IMG/VR virus record: IMGVR_UViG_3300046694_000587
Reading direction: 5' to 3' (one strand)
Length of the DNA: 64,000 nt
From: a virus
Lineage: Duplodnaviria; Heunggongvirae; Uroviricota; Caudoviricetes
Shown: positions 47,361-57,075 of the stretch, in pieces
How the letters are laid out: every line of letters begins with the position of its first letter
Numbering within the stretch: the first letter of the stretch is position 1
The notes under the pieces: model-generated
The model's input: the letters and a program-made list of their open reading frames with translations, nothing else
The model's database searches: none
Told to the model about the DNA's origin: nothing
Translations under genes and position numbers: made by a program

Positions 47361-48166
47361 CGCAACGACACAGCGGTTCCGGTGATGCGGTTGATGATGC
47401 GAGCCTCAGCCCCGGAGTCCTGGATGTCCTTTGCGTTGCGTCGAGCGGCCTTCAGGCTATCGAAGGACAAGTCCTCCAGCCAGCCATCATGTGTGCCTTC
47501 CTCGCACCGATAAGTCTGATTGAAGCCAAGAACGGCCGGCTGCTCCAGAATATCGGTCGCTTCGGATTCGTTCGTGACTTGCGCCAGCACGAGCCCGTTT
47601 AGCGGATGAAGCGTGCCGTCCGCCCGCACGGAAACATCGTGATAGCTCACCAGAAAAGGCACGTCGCCCGCACTGGTTTCGGTCACGATGTCGCCCATTC
47701 GAGCTTCCTTCGGCAAGCCAACACGCAACAGGAGCGACGGCTGCAATCCCCGCAGCTTTTTATCCTGCAGATGGATGGCGATTTTGCCGACGTGGGCCGC
47801 CTGCGCAGCAGCGCCGAGCTTGTCCGCGAACTGCAGCAGATGCAGCGGAGAACCTCCCGCCGCCTGCATGCGACTGAGCAACGGCAACCAGTGTTCACGA
47901 CTCAGGAACTTGTCGTTCAGACAGAGGGTATCCCCTTCGTCCTTGAAAACAAGCCCGAATCGTTCACACCAGTCGACCACTGCCTTGAGCGGATTCAGCA
48001 CCAGGTCCTGCAGCTGAAGCCACTTTTGCTCGGCCGGCAGCGTTCCTCGCATAATCGCCAGCCCCGTCGCGAAGACCGGAGCACCGCGCTGAATACGCAC
48101 AGACTGGTTTTTCGGTCCAACGACCGTCATCCCGGTGTGCGTCTCGATGCATGACAGGTGTAGCAT
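47357..48166 (-). CDS. hypothetical protein (269 aa)
   Basis: convergent with the GtrA-like gene. Confidence 0.45.
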   Translation of the reverse strand: MLHLSCIETHTGMTVVGPKNQSVRIQRGAPVFATGLAIMRGTLPAEQKWLQLQDLVLNPLKAVVDWCERFGLVFKDEGDTLCLNDKFLSREHWLPLLSRMQAAGGSPLHLLQFADKLGAAAQAAHVGKIAIHLQDKKLRGLQPSLLLRVGLPKEARMGDIVTETSAGDVPFLVSYHDVSVRADGTLHPLNGLVLAQVTNESEATDILEQPAVLGFNQTYRCEEGTHDGWLEDLSFDSLKAARRNAKDIQDSGAEARIINRITGTAVSLR

Positions 48167-48206
48167 GCGTTCCTCCTTTTAATTCAGTCATGCCCAAGAG
48201 GGCGGG

Positions 48207-50627
48207 TTAGCGATAGATGGCGGCCAAAGCACGGCACATGTCGTCGACAGTTTGAGCAGGAACGGCGTTCAGCTTACCCAGCGCAAGCAGCAATGGATAT
48301 TTGCCCTTCAAGTCCTCATACACCACACCGTAGTCGACCATGCCCAGCTCATTGACGCGATTCAGTGTTGCAATCATCTCCTTGCGGGAGTCCGAATCTG
48401 TTGGCTGCTCTTCGAGATTCTTTCCGACCAGCCCCAAGGCGCTACACAGCTTCTGAAATTCGCCCGACAGCGAAGCGGCCGAATGAATCTTCAGCTCACC
48501 CGATAGCAGGTCGACGTACTGAGCCATAGCCTTGTCAAAGGTCGTACCCGTCAGCTCCATGCGCGGTCGACGCGACAGTGCCTCACAGAACTGGTTAAAT
48601 TCCCAATTCTCCTTGACCGCACGGACCCGCTTGCCGGCCAACAGCGCCTGAACATCGGACCGTTCCAGCAATTCAGAGAGCGCTTCTTCAAAGGTCTTCC
48701 AGGATTTGAGCGCCTTGATAGCACGCAAAGTCTCCTGGCCGTCCTCATCGTCAGCGAACTCGTCGTCGGCCATGTCCCACAGCCCGTCTTCCTGAACCGA
48801 GACTTGCGCCTTGGTCAGGTCGGCTTGCTGCTTGGGAGTCAACAAATACAGCCTGTCGACCCTCAACGCGCCCAGAATTGAAGCGAGATTGCCTTCACCC
48901 CAACGTTCGGAAAGGTCAGCCAGAAACACGCCGGCCTTGAAGCCGTCGATTGCGCCGCCATCCTTGCCGAGCCAGACGCGAACAGGTTCCGCCGAACTAT
49001 AGGTCGCAAAACCCATGGTCGCAGTATCCTGTTTCGATTCGGACCGGCTATAGAACGTAAGCTGACTCGCACGCGAACGGGACGCGACCACTGTCTTCCC
49101 GACGACTACACGCGCCACCGTCGGCATTGCCGAAGTCCGGAAGACTTCAAGCGCGCCGCCGAATGCCGCATTGAGTGCGTCAGATGCCTTCAGGGCATCG
49201 GCCGGGTCGTCTGCGGTCAAGTACACAAACTGCTGTTTACCGTCAAAGGCACGAAGCCAGCCACGAAAGCGCACCGTACCTCCCGTCTTCATGTCGTTGA
49301 CCACGAGGGCCACCGGATGATTCGGCAGGAACGTCACTCGGGGATATTCCTTCCCGTCCTTCAAAGCCAGGAAGCGATTCATCGAATAGCCTTCCCGCAA
49401 AGTCGGGTCGCTCGTCGACGTGCTCTTGACCGTGATGGTGGACATCTCGGGAACGTATGGAATCTTCATGAGCCCACGCCAGATGTCGTTGCCGGTCGCT
49501 TCTTTCAGCGGTTCCTGCAGGACGCCCTCCGCGCGAGTGCCACGAGCAAACCAGTGCCACGTTTCCGTGTTGCCGAGCAACCGCGACAGCTGACCCTTGG
49601 TGCGAAATACGGGGGACATGAAAAGCTCCCTCGCTTTCACAACAATTGCCTTCGCCGCAGCAGCGTCGATACGCTTCAGAAGTTCGGTCACCTCGTCGGT
49701 GTACTTGAGTTCTTCGCGCGACGGCATGAACGGCACCCCAAAAGACAAGGGGATTTCAACAATCATGCCGTCCTTGAACACCGACTCATCGCCGGCCGGC
49801 GACTGAACGTGGAACGGCAAACCGCCCACGCCAGCCTCCTTGTTGGTCAACACCACGAGGGAACCCTGTTGCACGCCCTGACGGCCGTACTTGAGGTTGT
49901 TTCCCATCATCGGATAGACCAACACGCCCTTGAGCCCTTCGTCGACAGTTTCGAGGTCAATCACGGTGCCGTTGAACTCCGGCAGCATGCAAGGAAGTGC
50001 AGGAGGTGTGTCCACGGAGAACGAGTCCCCCATGGTCAACTGCATTACTTCCTTGAGCCACGCCACCGCCCGCAGTGCTTCGACGATGTCGGTCTCCTTG
50101 ACGGGGAAGTTCACTTTCGTGCCTGCCACCGTACCTGGAGTCGTTCCCGCCGGCTGCACCTTTGCCTTTGCATCCGGCCCCTGGTACTGGAAGTACGTGT
50201 GTTCGACCATTTCGCTGGCATGGCAGGTGGTGATGTAACACTCACGGATATAACCGTAAGCCGCCCACCGACCCACACCCAGGCCACCCGCTGAACCGTT
50301 GTCGCCCGCCTTGGTAGACGAGCCCATCGACAGGTAGGTGGTGTTCATGAACTCCTGGGTCATACCCTCGCCCTTGTCGATGATGGTAATCATCGGGTTG
50401 GACGGCGTCGGCAGTTGCACCAGCACCCCTTCAGAAAAGGAGAGCCCTGAGCGTCTGGCCGCATCGCAGGCATTCTGGATAGCTTCACGGATAGCCGACA
50501 TCAGGATGTAGACATAGACCGTGGACAACATATCAATGAGCGTGCCATTGAAGTTCACCGTCACGTCCATTGCCTCGCCCACCGCCTCAACCTGCGCCGT
50601 GCGCGTATTTGTCGTGATAACTGCCAT
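48207..50627 (-). CDS. GHKL-superfamily ATPase, Hsp90-like N-terminal Bergerat fold
   Basis: N-box IREAIQNACDA, G1 IIDKGEGMT, G2 GGLGVGRWAAYGY; 806 aa. Confidence 0.55.
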   Translation of the reverse strand: MAVITTNTRTAQVEAVGEAMDVTVNFNGTLIDMLSTVYVYILMSAIREAIQNACDAARRSGLSFSEGVLVQLPTPSNPMITIIDKGEGMTQEFMNTTYLSMGSSTKAGDNGSAGGLGVGRWAAYGYIRECYITTCHASEMVEHTYFQYQGPDAKAKVQPAGTTPGTVAGTKVNFPVKETDIVEALRAVAWLKEVMQLTMGDSFSVDTPPALPCMLPEFNGTVIDLETVDEGLKGVLVYPMMGNNLKYGRQGVQQGSLVVLTNKEAGVGGLPFHVQSPAGDESVFKDGMIVEIPLSFGVPFMPSREELKYTDEVTELLKRIDAAAAKAIVVKARELFMSPVFRTKGQLSRLLGNTETWHWFARGTRAEGVLQEPLKEATGNDIWRGLMKIPYVPEMSTITVKSTSTSDPTLREGYSMNRFLALKDGKEYPRVTFLPNHPVALVVNDMKTGGTVRFRGWLRAFDGKQQFVYLTADDPADALKASDALNAAFGGALEVFRTSAMPTVARVVVGKTVVASRSRASQLTFYSRSESKQDTATMGFATYSSAEPVRVWLGKDGGAIDGFKAGVFLADLSERWGEGNLASILGALRVDRLYLLTPKQQADLTKAQVSVQEDGLWDMADDEFADDEDGQETLRAIKALKSWKTFEEALSELLERSDVQALLAGKRVRAVKENWEFNQFCEALSRRPRMELTGTTFDKAMAQYVDLLSGELKIHSAASLSGEFQKLCSALGLVGKNLEEQPTDSDSRKEMIATLNRVNELGMVDYGVVYEDLKGKYPLLLALGKLNAVPAQTVDDMCRALAAIYR

Positions 50628-50969
50628 ATTTTCCTCCAGATTTAATTAACAAAACTCAATCAGCGCGAAATCTCGCGCCATGTGTGCCTACGCGTCCGTA
50701 TAGCGCTTAGCGCATCATTTCCAGTGGCCTGAGACCCGCTTTCTCGCGTTGGGTGATGGCACGGCATGGCACTTCTGAATGGGGCTCGGGCAGACGCAAT
50801 AGGTCTGCGGACGGACCGGGCAACTGTCAGTCCGTCAATCGTCGTAACGCATTGTGTACAAAGGCATTTTATCTTATAATGCTATTTTACGCTATACCAT
50901 TTTGGACATATCGTCCGCGTCAATCCGTCCGGGTTGCGCGCGAGTCAATTTTTACGAAAGGAAAGAAAC

Positions 50970-52184
50970 ATGGCCCTTATCTGTTTGAGCCAGGTAGCTC
51001 TGGAAATGCGCACTGGCGGCAGCGACAAGGTGTACGTCATTCAGGTGCAGGAAGACGATTCTTCGGGCACCAAAGAGTACATCGCAATGTGCTACTACGG
51101 CCGCCGCGGAAGCCCGACGTCTCTCGCGGCAAAGTATAACGGCCCGAGCCTGGCGTCAGCTCAGGCAGCGGCCGGTCGCATCGAGAAAGAAAAGCGCGGC
51201 AAGGGCTACAAAGATATGTCGGTGGCAGCGGGGACTCGTGTGTCCGGTATGCCTTCGTCGTCTCCGATTCCAGGAGGCGCGGCGATACCGGGAGCGGCAC
51301 CCGTTTCGGGCGCAGCTCCGGCAACGCCGACCATCACCGGCATCATTCCGATGCGCGCGGAAGTGCTCGCGGAAGACGACCTCGAGAAGTACCTGACGGA
51401 CCCGAACTGGGTTTGCCAGAAAAAGTACGACGGGGAGCGCTCGCCGGCCTCGATGCGCCGCAGCGGCATCACTGCGACCAACCTGAAAGGGATGGTGCGT
51501 ACGTTGGCCGCTACGTCTGAAGGCGAATTGAAGCGGCTTTTGGCGATGCCTGACTTCGGTAACGAGCGCGAAACGGTGGTGGACGGCGAAGAAATGCCTG
51601 GCGGTATCTACGTTGCTTATGACGTGACGACGTTGCGTGATAACGACATGCGCAAGCTTCCTTTCGAGGAGCGCTACGCGATGCTCGAGGAGCTGTTCGC
51701 CGACCATCTGGGCCTACTCGCACCGACGGCTTTCTCGGAAGCCGAAAAGCGCGAAATGGTGGCACAGGCCCGACGCGAGAACTGGGAAGGTTTGATGTTC
51801 CGTGAGGTGTCGGGAGAGTACATCCACGGCCGCACGAACGTCATCCTCAAGTTCAAGCTCTGGGCCAGTGCGACCTGTCGAGTGCTGACGACCAACGCCA
51901 AGCGCTCGGTTCAACTCGCAGTCCTCGATGAAAAGGGCGACGAGGTGTTCATCGGCAATGTGACTGTGCCTCCCAGCATGGACATCCCGGAAGTCGATTC
52001 TCTGGTGGAAGTGCGATACCTCTACGCGCATGAAGGCGGCAGTCTGTATCAGCCGGTATTGCTCGGTGTTCGCACCGACAAGGATGAGGCAGACCTCCGT
52101 TCGAGCTTGCGTCCGGCTCCGCCTGAAAAGGGTGGCAGCGCCATCGCTATCGACCCGTCTGGTTCGATGCTCGCAGCAGCTTAA
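50970..52184 (+). CDS. WGR-domain/ATP-dependent DNA ligase fusion
   Basis: N-terminal WGR-like (KVYVIQVQ...YGRRGS); ligase motif I KKYDGER, motif IV EGLMFR, motif V ILKFK. Confidence 0.7.
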   Translation: MALICLSQVALEMRTGGSDKVYVIQVQEDDSSGTKEYIAMCYYGRRGSPTSLAAKYNGPSLASAQAAAGRIEKEKRGKGYKDMSVAAGTRVSGMPSSSPIPGGAAIPGAAPVSGAAPATPTITGIIPMRAEVLAEDDLEKYLTDPNWVCQKKYDGERSPASMRRSGITATNLKGMVRTLAATSEGELKRLLAMPDFGNERETVVDGEEMPGGIYVAYDVTTLRDNDMRKLPFEERYAMLEELFADHLGLLAPTAFSEAEKREMVAQARRENWEGLMFREVSGEYIHGRTNVILKFKLWASATCRVLTTNAKRSVQLAVLDEKGDEVFIGNVTVPPSMDIPEVDSLVEVRYLYAHEGGSLYQPVLLGVRTDKDEADLRSSLRPAPPEKGGSAIAIDPSGSMLAAA

Positions 52185-52266
52185 GTAGCAGAAGTAGCTC
52201 AACTCAAGCCCGGTCACTTCGAGTGACTGGGCTTTTTTCTATACTCATTCCCGGCGCACATGCGCC

Positions 52267-53262
52267 ATGTTCACTGGATTTTCTGCAATGCACGAAGGCG
52301 ATAGCGCCAAAATAGAACAAATCGACCAGGCCACCCTGGTAGCGGAGCTTCTCAAGGAGCGAAAACGTGACCGGCGCGCCGGCGTGCTGAAGTCAGCGTT
52401 CTTCGTGGCGGCGACGCTCGCCTACATCTGGTACTGGTCGAGCCTTATCAATCCGGGCGCACAAGGTGACTTCGACGCTAGCAAGCCGTACGCGTCCGTA
52501 GTGAAGATTTCGGGCGTCATCGGTCCCGACAGCGACGCGAGCTATGAGTCCATCGCACCGTTGCTCAAGAAGGCGTTCGAAGACCCCATCTCGAAGGGTG
52601 TCGTGCTCGACATCAACAGCCCAGGCGGCACGCCGGTCCAGGCGAGCCTGATTCACGACTACATCCTCGACCTGAAGGCGCGGACGCACAAGCCGGTCAT
52701 TGCGGTGGGTGAAGACATGATGACGTCCGGCGCGTACATGATTGCGGTCGCCGCCGACCAGCTCACCGTGAACCGTTCGACGGTTACGGGTTCGGTTGGC
52801 GTCATCTCCTCTGGGTTCGGCTTCACCGGCATTATGGACAAGCTCGGCATCGAGCGACGCGTCGCAACCGCAGGCAAGTCGAAGAATCTGCTTGACCCAT
52901 TCAGCCCGCAGACGGACGACGGACGCGCGAAGCAACGTGAAATCCTCACGGCCATCCACGGCCACTTCATCGACATGGTGAAGGCCGGCCGCGGCGCGCG
53001 ACTCAAGCTCGACACGCCGGGCCTCTTCGAAGGCACCGTGTGGACGGGCGAGGACGCGGTGAAGCTTGGCGTGGTCGACGAGCTGGGTGACATCCGTCAT
53101 GCCGCCCAGAAGTACATCGGCGCGGAACAGACCGTGACGGTGGCCTCGCGCAAACCGATGCTGCAATCGCTGCTGTCCAAGGTTGGAGTGAAGGTGCTGA
53201 GCTCGGCCATCGACAGCGCAGTGCAAACCCCCGCTGAAACGCCGATGGCGACGTACCAGTAA
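52267..53262 (+). CDS. signal peptide peptidase SppA (S49)
   Basis: N-terminal TM; VVLDINSPGG...SGAYMIAVAAD...GSVGVI. Confidence 0.75.
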   Translation: MFTGFSAMHEGDSAKIEQIDQATLVAELLKERKRDRRAGVLKSAFFVAATLAYIWYWSSLINPGAQGDFDASKPYASVVKISGVIGPDSDASYESIAPLLKKAFEDPISKGVVLDINSPGGTPVQASLIHDYILDLKARTHKPVIAVGEDMMTSGAYMIAVAADQLTVNRSTVTGSVGVISSGFGFTGIMDKLGIERRVATAGKSKNLLDPFSPQTDDGRAKQREILTAIHGHFIDMVKAGRGARLKLDTPGLFEGTVWTGEDAVKLGVVDELGDIRHAAQKYIGAEQTVTVASRKPMLQSLLSKVGVKVLSSAIDSAVQTPAETPMATYQ

Positions 53263-53280
53263 GCGAGCCGTAGTATTGCT

Positions 53281-53317
53281 CGCCCCTGTCAGGAGCATCC
53301 GGCAGGGGCTTTTTTAT
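53281..53317 (+). terminator. rho-independent terminator
   Basis: GCCCCTG...CAGGGGCTTTTTTATTT. Confidence 0.6.
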
Positions 53318-53329
53318 TTCTCCGGCGCA

Positions 53330-53362
53330 AAGAAAAACGCCGAGTACGAAACTCGGCGTTTG
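53330..53362 (-). terminator. rho-independent terminator for the minus gene 53387-53821
   Basis: AACGCCGAGT-acgaaa-CTCGGCGTT with T-run on the minus strand. Confidence 0.55.
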
Positions 53363-53386
53363 AGTTAAACCAGCTGCTGTCGAGCG

Positions 53387-53821
53387 TTACGCGGCGAGCA
53401 CGTTGCCGTCCATGCGTTCATACAGCACAGCATCCGCCGGCGACAGACCGCGGTTGTAGTAGATGCGGTAGGCTTCACCATCGACATCGTCGGACCCGAT
53501 TTCCTGTTCCACGCGCGCAACCCACGTATCGAAGGCCATGGTTTGCACGACACCCGGAAACGGTCCGCCAGGAGTTCCTACGTTAACACCTCGCGCATCC
53601 TCCGCGTAGGCGTCCACGATGCTGTCGTCCGCATCGAAACACACACGCAGCATGTGCACTTCACGCGTGACGCTATCGGCCACGAAGACCGCGCGCGTGG
53701 CGATGGAGAAATTCTCCTTGAAGTTCCACGGCAACTTATTCAGCACCTTCCCCTCGAACTGGAAGCTACGGAAAAGCTCCTCTGCCAGCTGACGGCGCAA
53801 TTCGACATTGATACGGGACAT
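53387..53821 (-). CDS. hypothetical protein (144 aa)
   Basis: gtatag at 53865 upstream. Confidence 0.4.
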   Translation of the reverse strand: MSRINVELRRQLAEELFRSFQFEGKVLNKLPWNFKENFSIATRAVFVADSVTREVHMLRVCFDADDSIVDAYAEDARGVNVGTPGGPFPGVVQTMAFDTWVARVEQEIGSDDVDGEAYRIYYNRGLSPADAVLYERMDGNVLAA

Positions 53822-53933
53822 GATTGTTCCTCCAGTGATTGCCTTTCGGCACGTTGAGCAGTGACCTACGACCTGTATAGGTGCGGGGGCAGAGCCTGGA
53901 GAATTGCGAAAACGCGATGCAGCCCGGTGCGAG

Positions 53934-54155
53934 CTATGTCTTGTCGAAGAACGCAGCCAGGAAAGTGCTGACCATCACACTGCCCAGCACCAGCGAAAAC
54001 GCCGCGTCGACGATATTGATGGGTTGTCCATCGAGGAGGGACCGGCTCACGCAAAAGCCGGCGAGCACGAAGATGGCAAGAAGCACTCCCGCTGGCAGCC
54101 GACCGCCTCGAACATGCCAGCAGGCCACTGATGCGCGGCAGACGCGCCGAGCCAT
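53934..54155 (-). CDS. small membrane protein (73 aa)
   Basis: ATG 5 nt after the upstream stop; C-terminal hydrophobic helices. Confidence 0.3.
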   Translation of the reverse strand: MARRVCRASVACWHVRGGRLPAGVLLAIFVLAGFCVSRSLLDGQPINIVDAAFSLVLGSVMVSTFLAAFFDKT

Positions 54156-54160
54156 CCTGC

Positions 54161-54598
54161 TCAAAACATCTCCGCCTTGGGAGTGCGGATGTATGCAAGA
54201 ACCAGCTTTACCAGTGCGAACATGCACCAGCCCCACCAGACGAAGCCCGCGACTTCGGCCAGCATCCGCACGCCCGTCAGCGACGCGGCCGTCACGACCA
54301 CAAGGCTGCCAATCGCCTGACCGATATACAGCCCGCCAATCGCACCGGCCAGCCGGCTGGGCACAAACCAGAACAGAAGCAGCGTGAGCAATGACGACAC
54401 AATCGTCATCATGGTCGGCGCCCCAGCCACGAACTGCACCGCCAGGTCGGTCGTTACCGCGCCAGCCAGCCACAGGCGAGCCTGCGAAGGGGAAATCCCC
54501 CAGTACATGTCCCGGAAGTCGGTCCGAAGGGTGAGCGGCTCGAAGATGCGCTTGAAAAGATTCTGCATGGGGTTAGACACGAATAGAATTGGGAGCAT
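54161..54598 (-). CDS. Yip1-like multi-TM membrane protein
   Basis: start at MLPILF; multiple hydrophobic helices. Confidence 0.4.
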   Translation of the reverse strand: MLPILFVSNPMQNLFKRIFEPLTLRTDFRDMYWGISPSQARLWLAGAVTTDLAVQFVAGAPTMMTIVSSLLTLLLFWFVPSRLAGAIGGLYIGQAIGSLVVVTAASLTGVRMLAEVAGFVWWGWCMFALVKLVLAYIRTPKAEMF

Positions 54599-54781
54599 CG
54601 CTATCCTCGTCATCCGGGGACTGCTGCTGCTCGTCCAGGCCCAACGGGACGCATGAATCATCGTCGTCCTCGGAGGGTGCACACACTACAACGCGGGTAT
54701 CGGGCGCCGGCACCAGCCACTCGGCAATGCGCAATCCGAACCCGAAAAGTACACCTGCCGCCAACACGGCGGCAGACATCT
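54573..54781 (-). CDS. small protein with acidic C-terminus
   Basis: overlaps the downstream gene by 26 nt. Confidence 0.25.
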
Positions 54782-54820
54782 TGAAGGCAACCCCAAGCCT
54801 CACCTGGATACCCTGATTTC

Positions 54821-55186
54821 TTAGAGTCCGGAAGTCGCAGCAGCAAAAGCGTGAAGCACCTTGCGTCCGACGAGATAGCGCCACGCGAGGACCGCGACGA
54901 TGGCAACGACGACCCACGTCACGCCTGGCAACGTTCCTGCCGCACGAAGAACCGGCTGGAGTGTATTCAGAATCGGGCCGGCCAGAAGCAGGAGCAGCAC
55001 CAGAATCACGCCGCCGCCCGCCACGGCGCCAAGGCTGGCGGACTTCCGCTTGCCGAGGTCCGGGCGAATCATGAAGAAGGAGAGCCAGCCTGCGGCCAGA
55101 TAGGCGCAGTGTCGTGAAATGGCGCCTCGCTGCGCATCGCGCAGCAATTGGGCATAGAGGCGATTTTGCCAGGAAAGTGTGCTCAT
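54821..55186 (-). CDS. membrane protein (121 aa)
   Basis: TM helices; rc motif TATATCG upstream. Confidence 0.4.
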   Translation of the reverse strand: MSTLSWQNRLYAQLLRDAQRGAISRHCAYLAAGWLSFFMIRPDLGKRKSASLGAVAGGGVILVLLLLLAGPILNTLQPVLRAAGTLPGVTWVVVAIVAVLAWRYLVGRKVLHAFAAATSGL

Positions 55187-55268
55187 GGACTTAGTATATC
55201 GTTTTTAACGTATTTCGCAAGCTCTATACTAGACATCGGCGCAACGGCGCCACTTCTTTTATACAACG

Positions 55269-55775
55269 ATGACTGGACGTGGACACCGGTGGACCGGCCT
55301 GGGTGCCGCCTTCATGGCGGCGGCTGTGGTGCGCCTGAGCGGCATGAGTGAATTCTCCGAGCTCGCGACCGCGCTCGTGGCGGCGTCGTCGACCACAATG
55401 CCTGATTGGATTGAAATTCCCTACTATCGCGGGGGCACGACCGCCGGCCGTCTGATTCCGCACCGCACGATTACCCACTGGCCGCCGCTGTGGCTGATGC
55501 TTATAGCATGGGGCATCCACGATGCCTCCATCATCGGCGCGGTCGTCATCGGCGCCGCGGTAGGGTCGCTCGTACACATCCTGGGCGATGCACCGAACCC
55601 CATGGGCATCCCCTGGCTGCTGCCACACAAACGCCTGCGGTTTGGTAAGAAGGGGTGGTGGCGCTCCGGGCAGCACGAATTTCTGATGATTCTCTCCTTC
55701 GCCACTGTGGGCTTTCTCGCGTGGTGCCTGGCGGGTGGTGCAGCTGCCTTTGGCTTGACAAATATGTTTATTTAA
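55269..55775 (+). CDS. DUF457/YdjM-like membrane-bound metal-dependent hydrolase
   Basis: HRTITHW...HILGDAPNPMGIPWLLP. Confidence 0.5.
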   Translation: MTGRGHRWTGLGAAFMAAAVVRLSGMSEFSELATALVAASSTTMPDWIEIPYYRGGTTAGRLIPHRTITHWPPLWLMLIAWGIHDASIIGAVVIGAAVGSLVHILGDAPNPMGIPWLLPHKRLRFGKKGWWRSGQHEFLMILSFATVGFLAWCLAGGAAAFGLTNMFI

Positions 55776-55827
55776 GGTAAATTTATTGCCACACTAGAGG
55801 CATCGCCTCCGACGCTTTTCTGGCAAA

Positions 55828-56193
55828 ATGAATACCTTGAATATTGCAATTCAGCACGACAAACGACCCTTTTGCGGGTCGGATGTGCTGTTCTACTACG
55901 ACGGCCCGCTACTGTTCTGGCTGCCCTGCGAAGGGCGCCGGCTGCTCGCGGTCGCGCTGCCGGTTGAAGCCGGAAAATGGCCGTTTCTCGTTGTCGAGCT
56001 ATCCGAGGAGCAGGCGCAGGACCTCGAAGGCAACCGCGTCACCTTGCGCGCAGTCTGCCTGGCCTGTAAGGCGAAGTGGCTTATGCGTGACTACGGCGCT
56101 GACTCGCTGGCGCTCGAGCCGCTGGAAGGTGTACTTCCTGAAGAATGGTTGCCCGGAGACGTGTTGCTTCGGCGAGAAGGAGAGGCTCAATGA
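55828..56193 (+). CDS. hypothetical protein (121 aa)
   Basis: ATGA-coupled to the next gene. Confidence 0.4.
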   Translation: MNTLNIAIQHDKRPFCGSDVLFYYDGPLLFWLPCEGRRLLAVALPVEAGKWPFLVVELSEEQAQDLEGNRVTLRAVCLACKAKWLMRDYGADSLALEPLEGVLPEEWLPGDVLLRREGEAQ

Positions 56194-56549
56194 CAGTCGC
56201 GCTTTACGGGTCGCTGTCCGACCCCGATGTTCGTCTTGAAGTAGAGAAGGCCAAGCTCCAGCCTGAGAAGTGGGCGGTATACCTCGTACAGGGTAACTCG
56301 GGCCAGCGGACCCCCGCACAGAACCGGCTGTACCGCACAGTGCTGCGTAAGCTTGCCCAGCAACAGGGGCGCTGTGTCCAGTACTGGAACGACTTTCTGG
56401 TCGAACGGTTCCTGGGTTTCGATGAAGTGACGACCGAAGACGGTTATCTCAAGCGGGTGCTCCCATCGACGTCCGAGCTGACCGTTGTGGAATTCACCTC
56501 GTTTCTCAACGCCTGCCTGTCTTTCGCGTCAGACAACCAGGTTCACTGA
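56190..56549 (+). CDS. NinB/Orf-family recombination mediator-like protein
   Basis: AQNRLYRTVLRKLAQQ resembles the lambda NinB QNRKLWACLGDVSRQ region. Confidence 0.45.
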   Translation: MTVALYGSLSDPDVRLEVEKAKLQPEKWAVYLVQGNSGQRTPAQNRLYRTVLRKLAQQQGRCVQYWNDFLVERFLGFDEVTTEDGYLKRVLPSTSELTVVEFTSFLNACLSFASDNQVH

Positions 56550-56562
56550 AGCAACATTTGCC

Positions 56563-56892
56563 ATGACCAGCCACACCGACTACATCAAGGACCAGACCGA
56601 AGACCAGCTCGTGCACCTGATTGAGGTCGCGACCAAGCGCCTCGAGGTTCTGCGGCAGGGCGGCTGGACCAAGCTGTGGGTCGTTGCAGACTACTGCAAC
56701 AAGGGCTGGTTTCCGCACGACCAGTACACACAGGCGGTGGAATTCCTGAGCCTGCTTGCGCGCACGCATGCGAAGACTGGCCAGCGCTTCGAGCTAAGCG
56801 TCGAGGAGGGCAAGTGCCGACCCGCCGAGGCGGAAGGCCTCTTTGCCGACACACGCACCGAAACGGCCAAGCTGACCAAGCTCCTTGGCTGA
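56563..56892 (+). CDS. hypothetical protein (109 aa)
   Basis: terminator 56899-56922. Confidence 0.35.
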   Translation: MTSHTDYIKDQTEDQLVHLIEVATKRLEVLRQGGWTKLWVVADYCNKGWFPHDQYTQAVEFLSLLARTHAKTGQRFELSVEEGKCRPAEAEGLFADTRTETAKLTKLLG

Positions 56893-57075
56893 AATCACCA
56901 AGGGCCGTTGTGGCCCTTTCTCCGAGCTATACAGTCTGATTGGATGAGTCACGAGCTGCTGGTCTGACACGTACAGGCCAGCTGTCGAGGCGCAATCGCG
57001 CGCGCTCGACATATTTCGCTTTTTTCGTTATACTATCCGACAATTCCCCTCATGTTCCAACTCAAGGACTGACTG

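Noticed and set aside
54100-54200. Programmed frameshift in a Yip1-like gene
   Set aside because: A stop, a 5-nt gap and an ATG with a weak RBS are equally compatible with two separate small genes. Nothing distinguishes a slippery site from sequence alone. Kept only as a low-interest finding.
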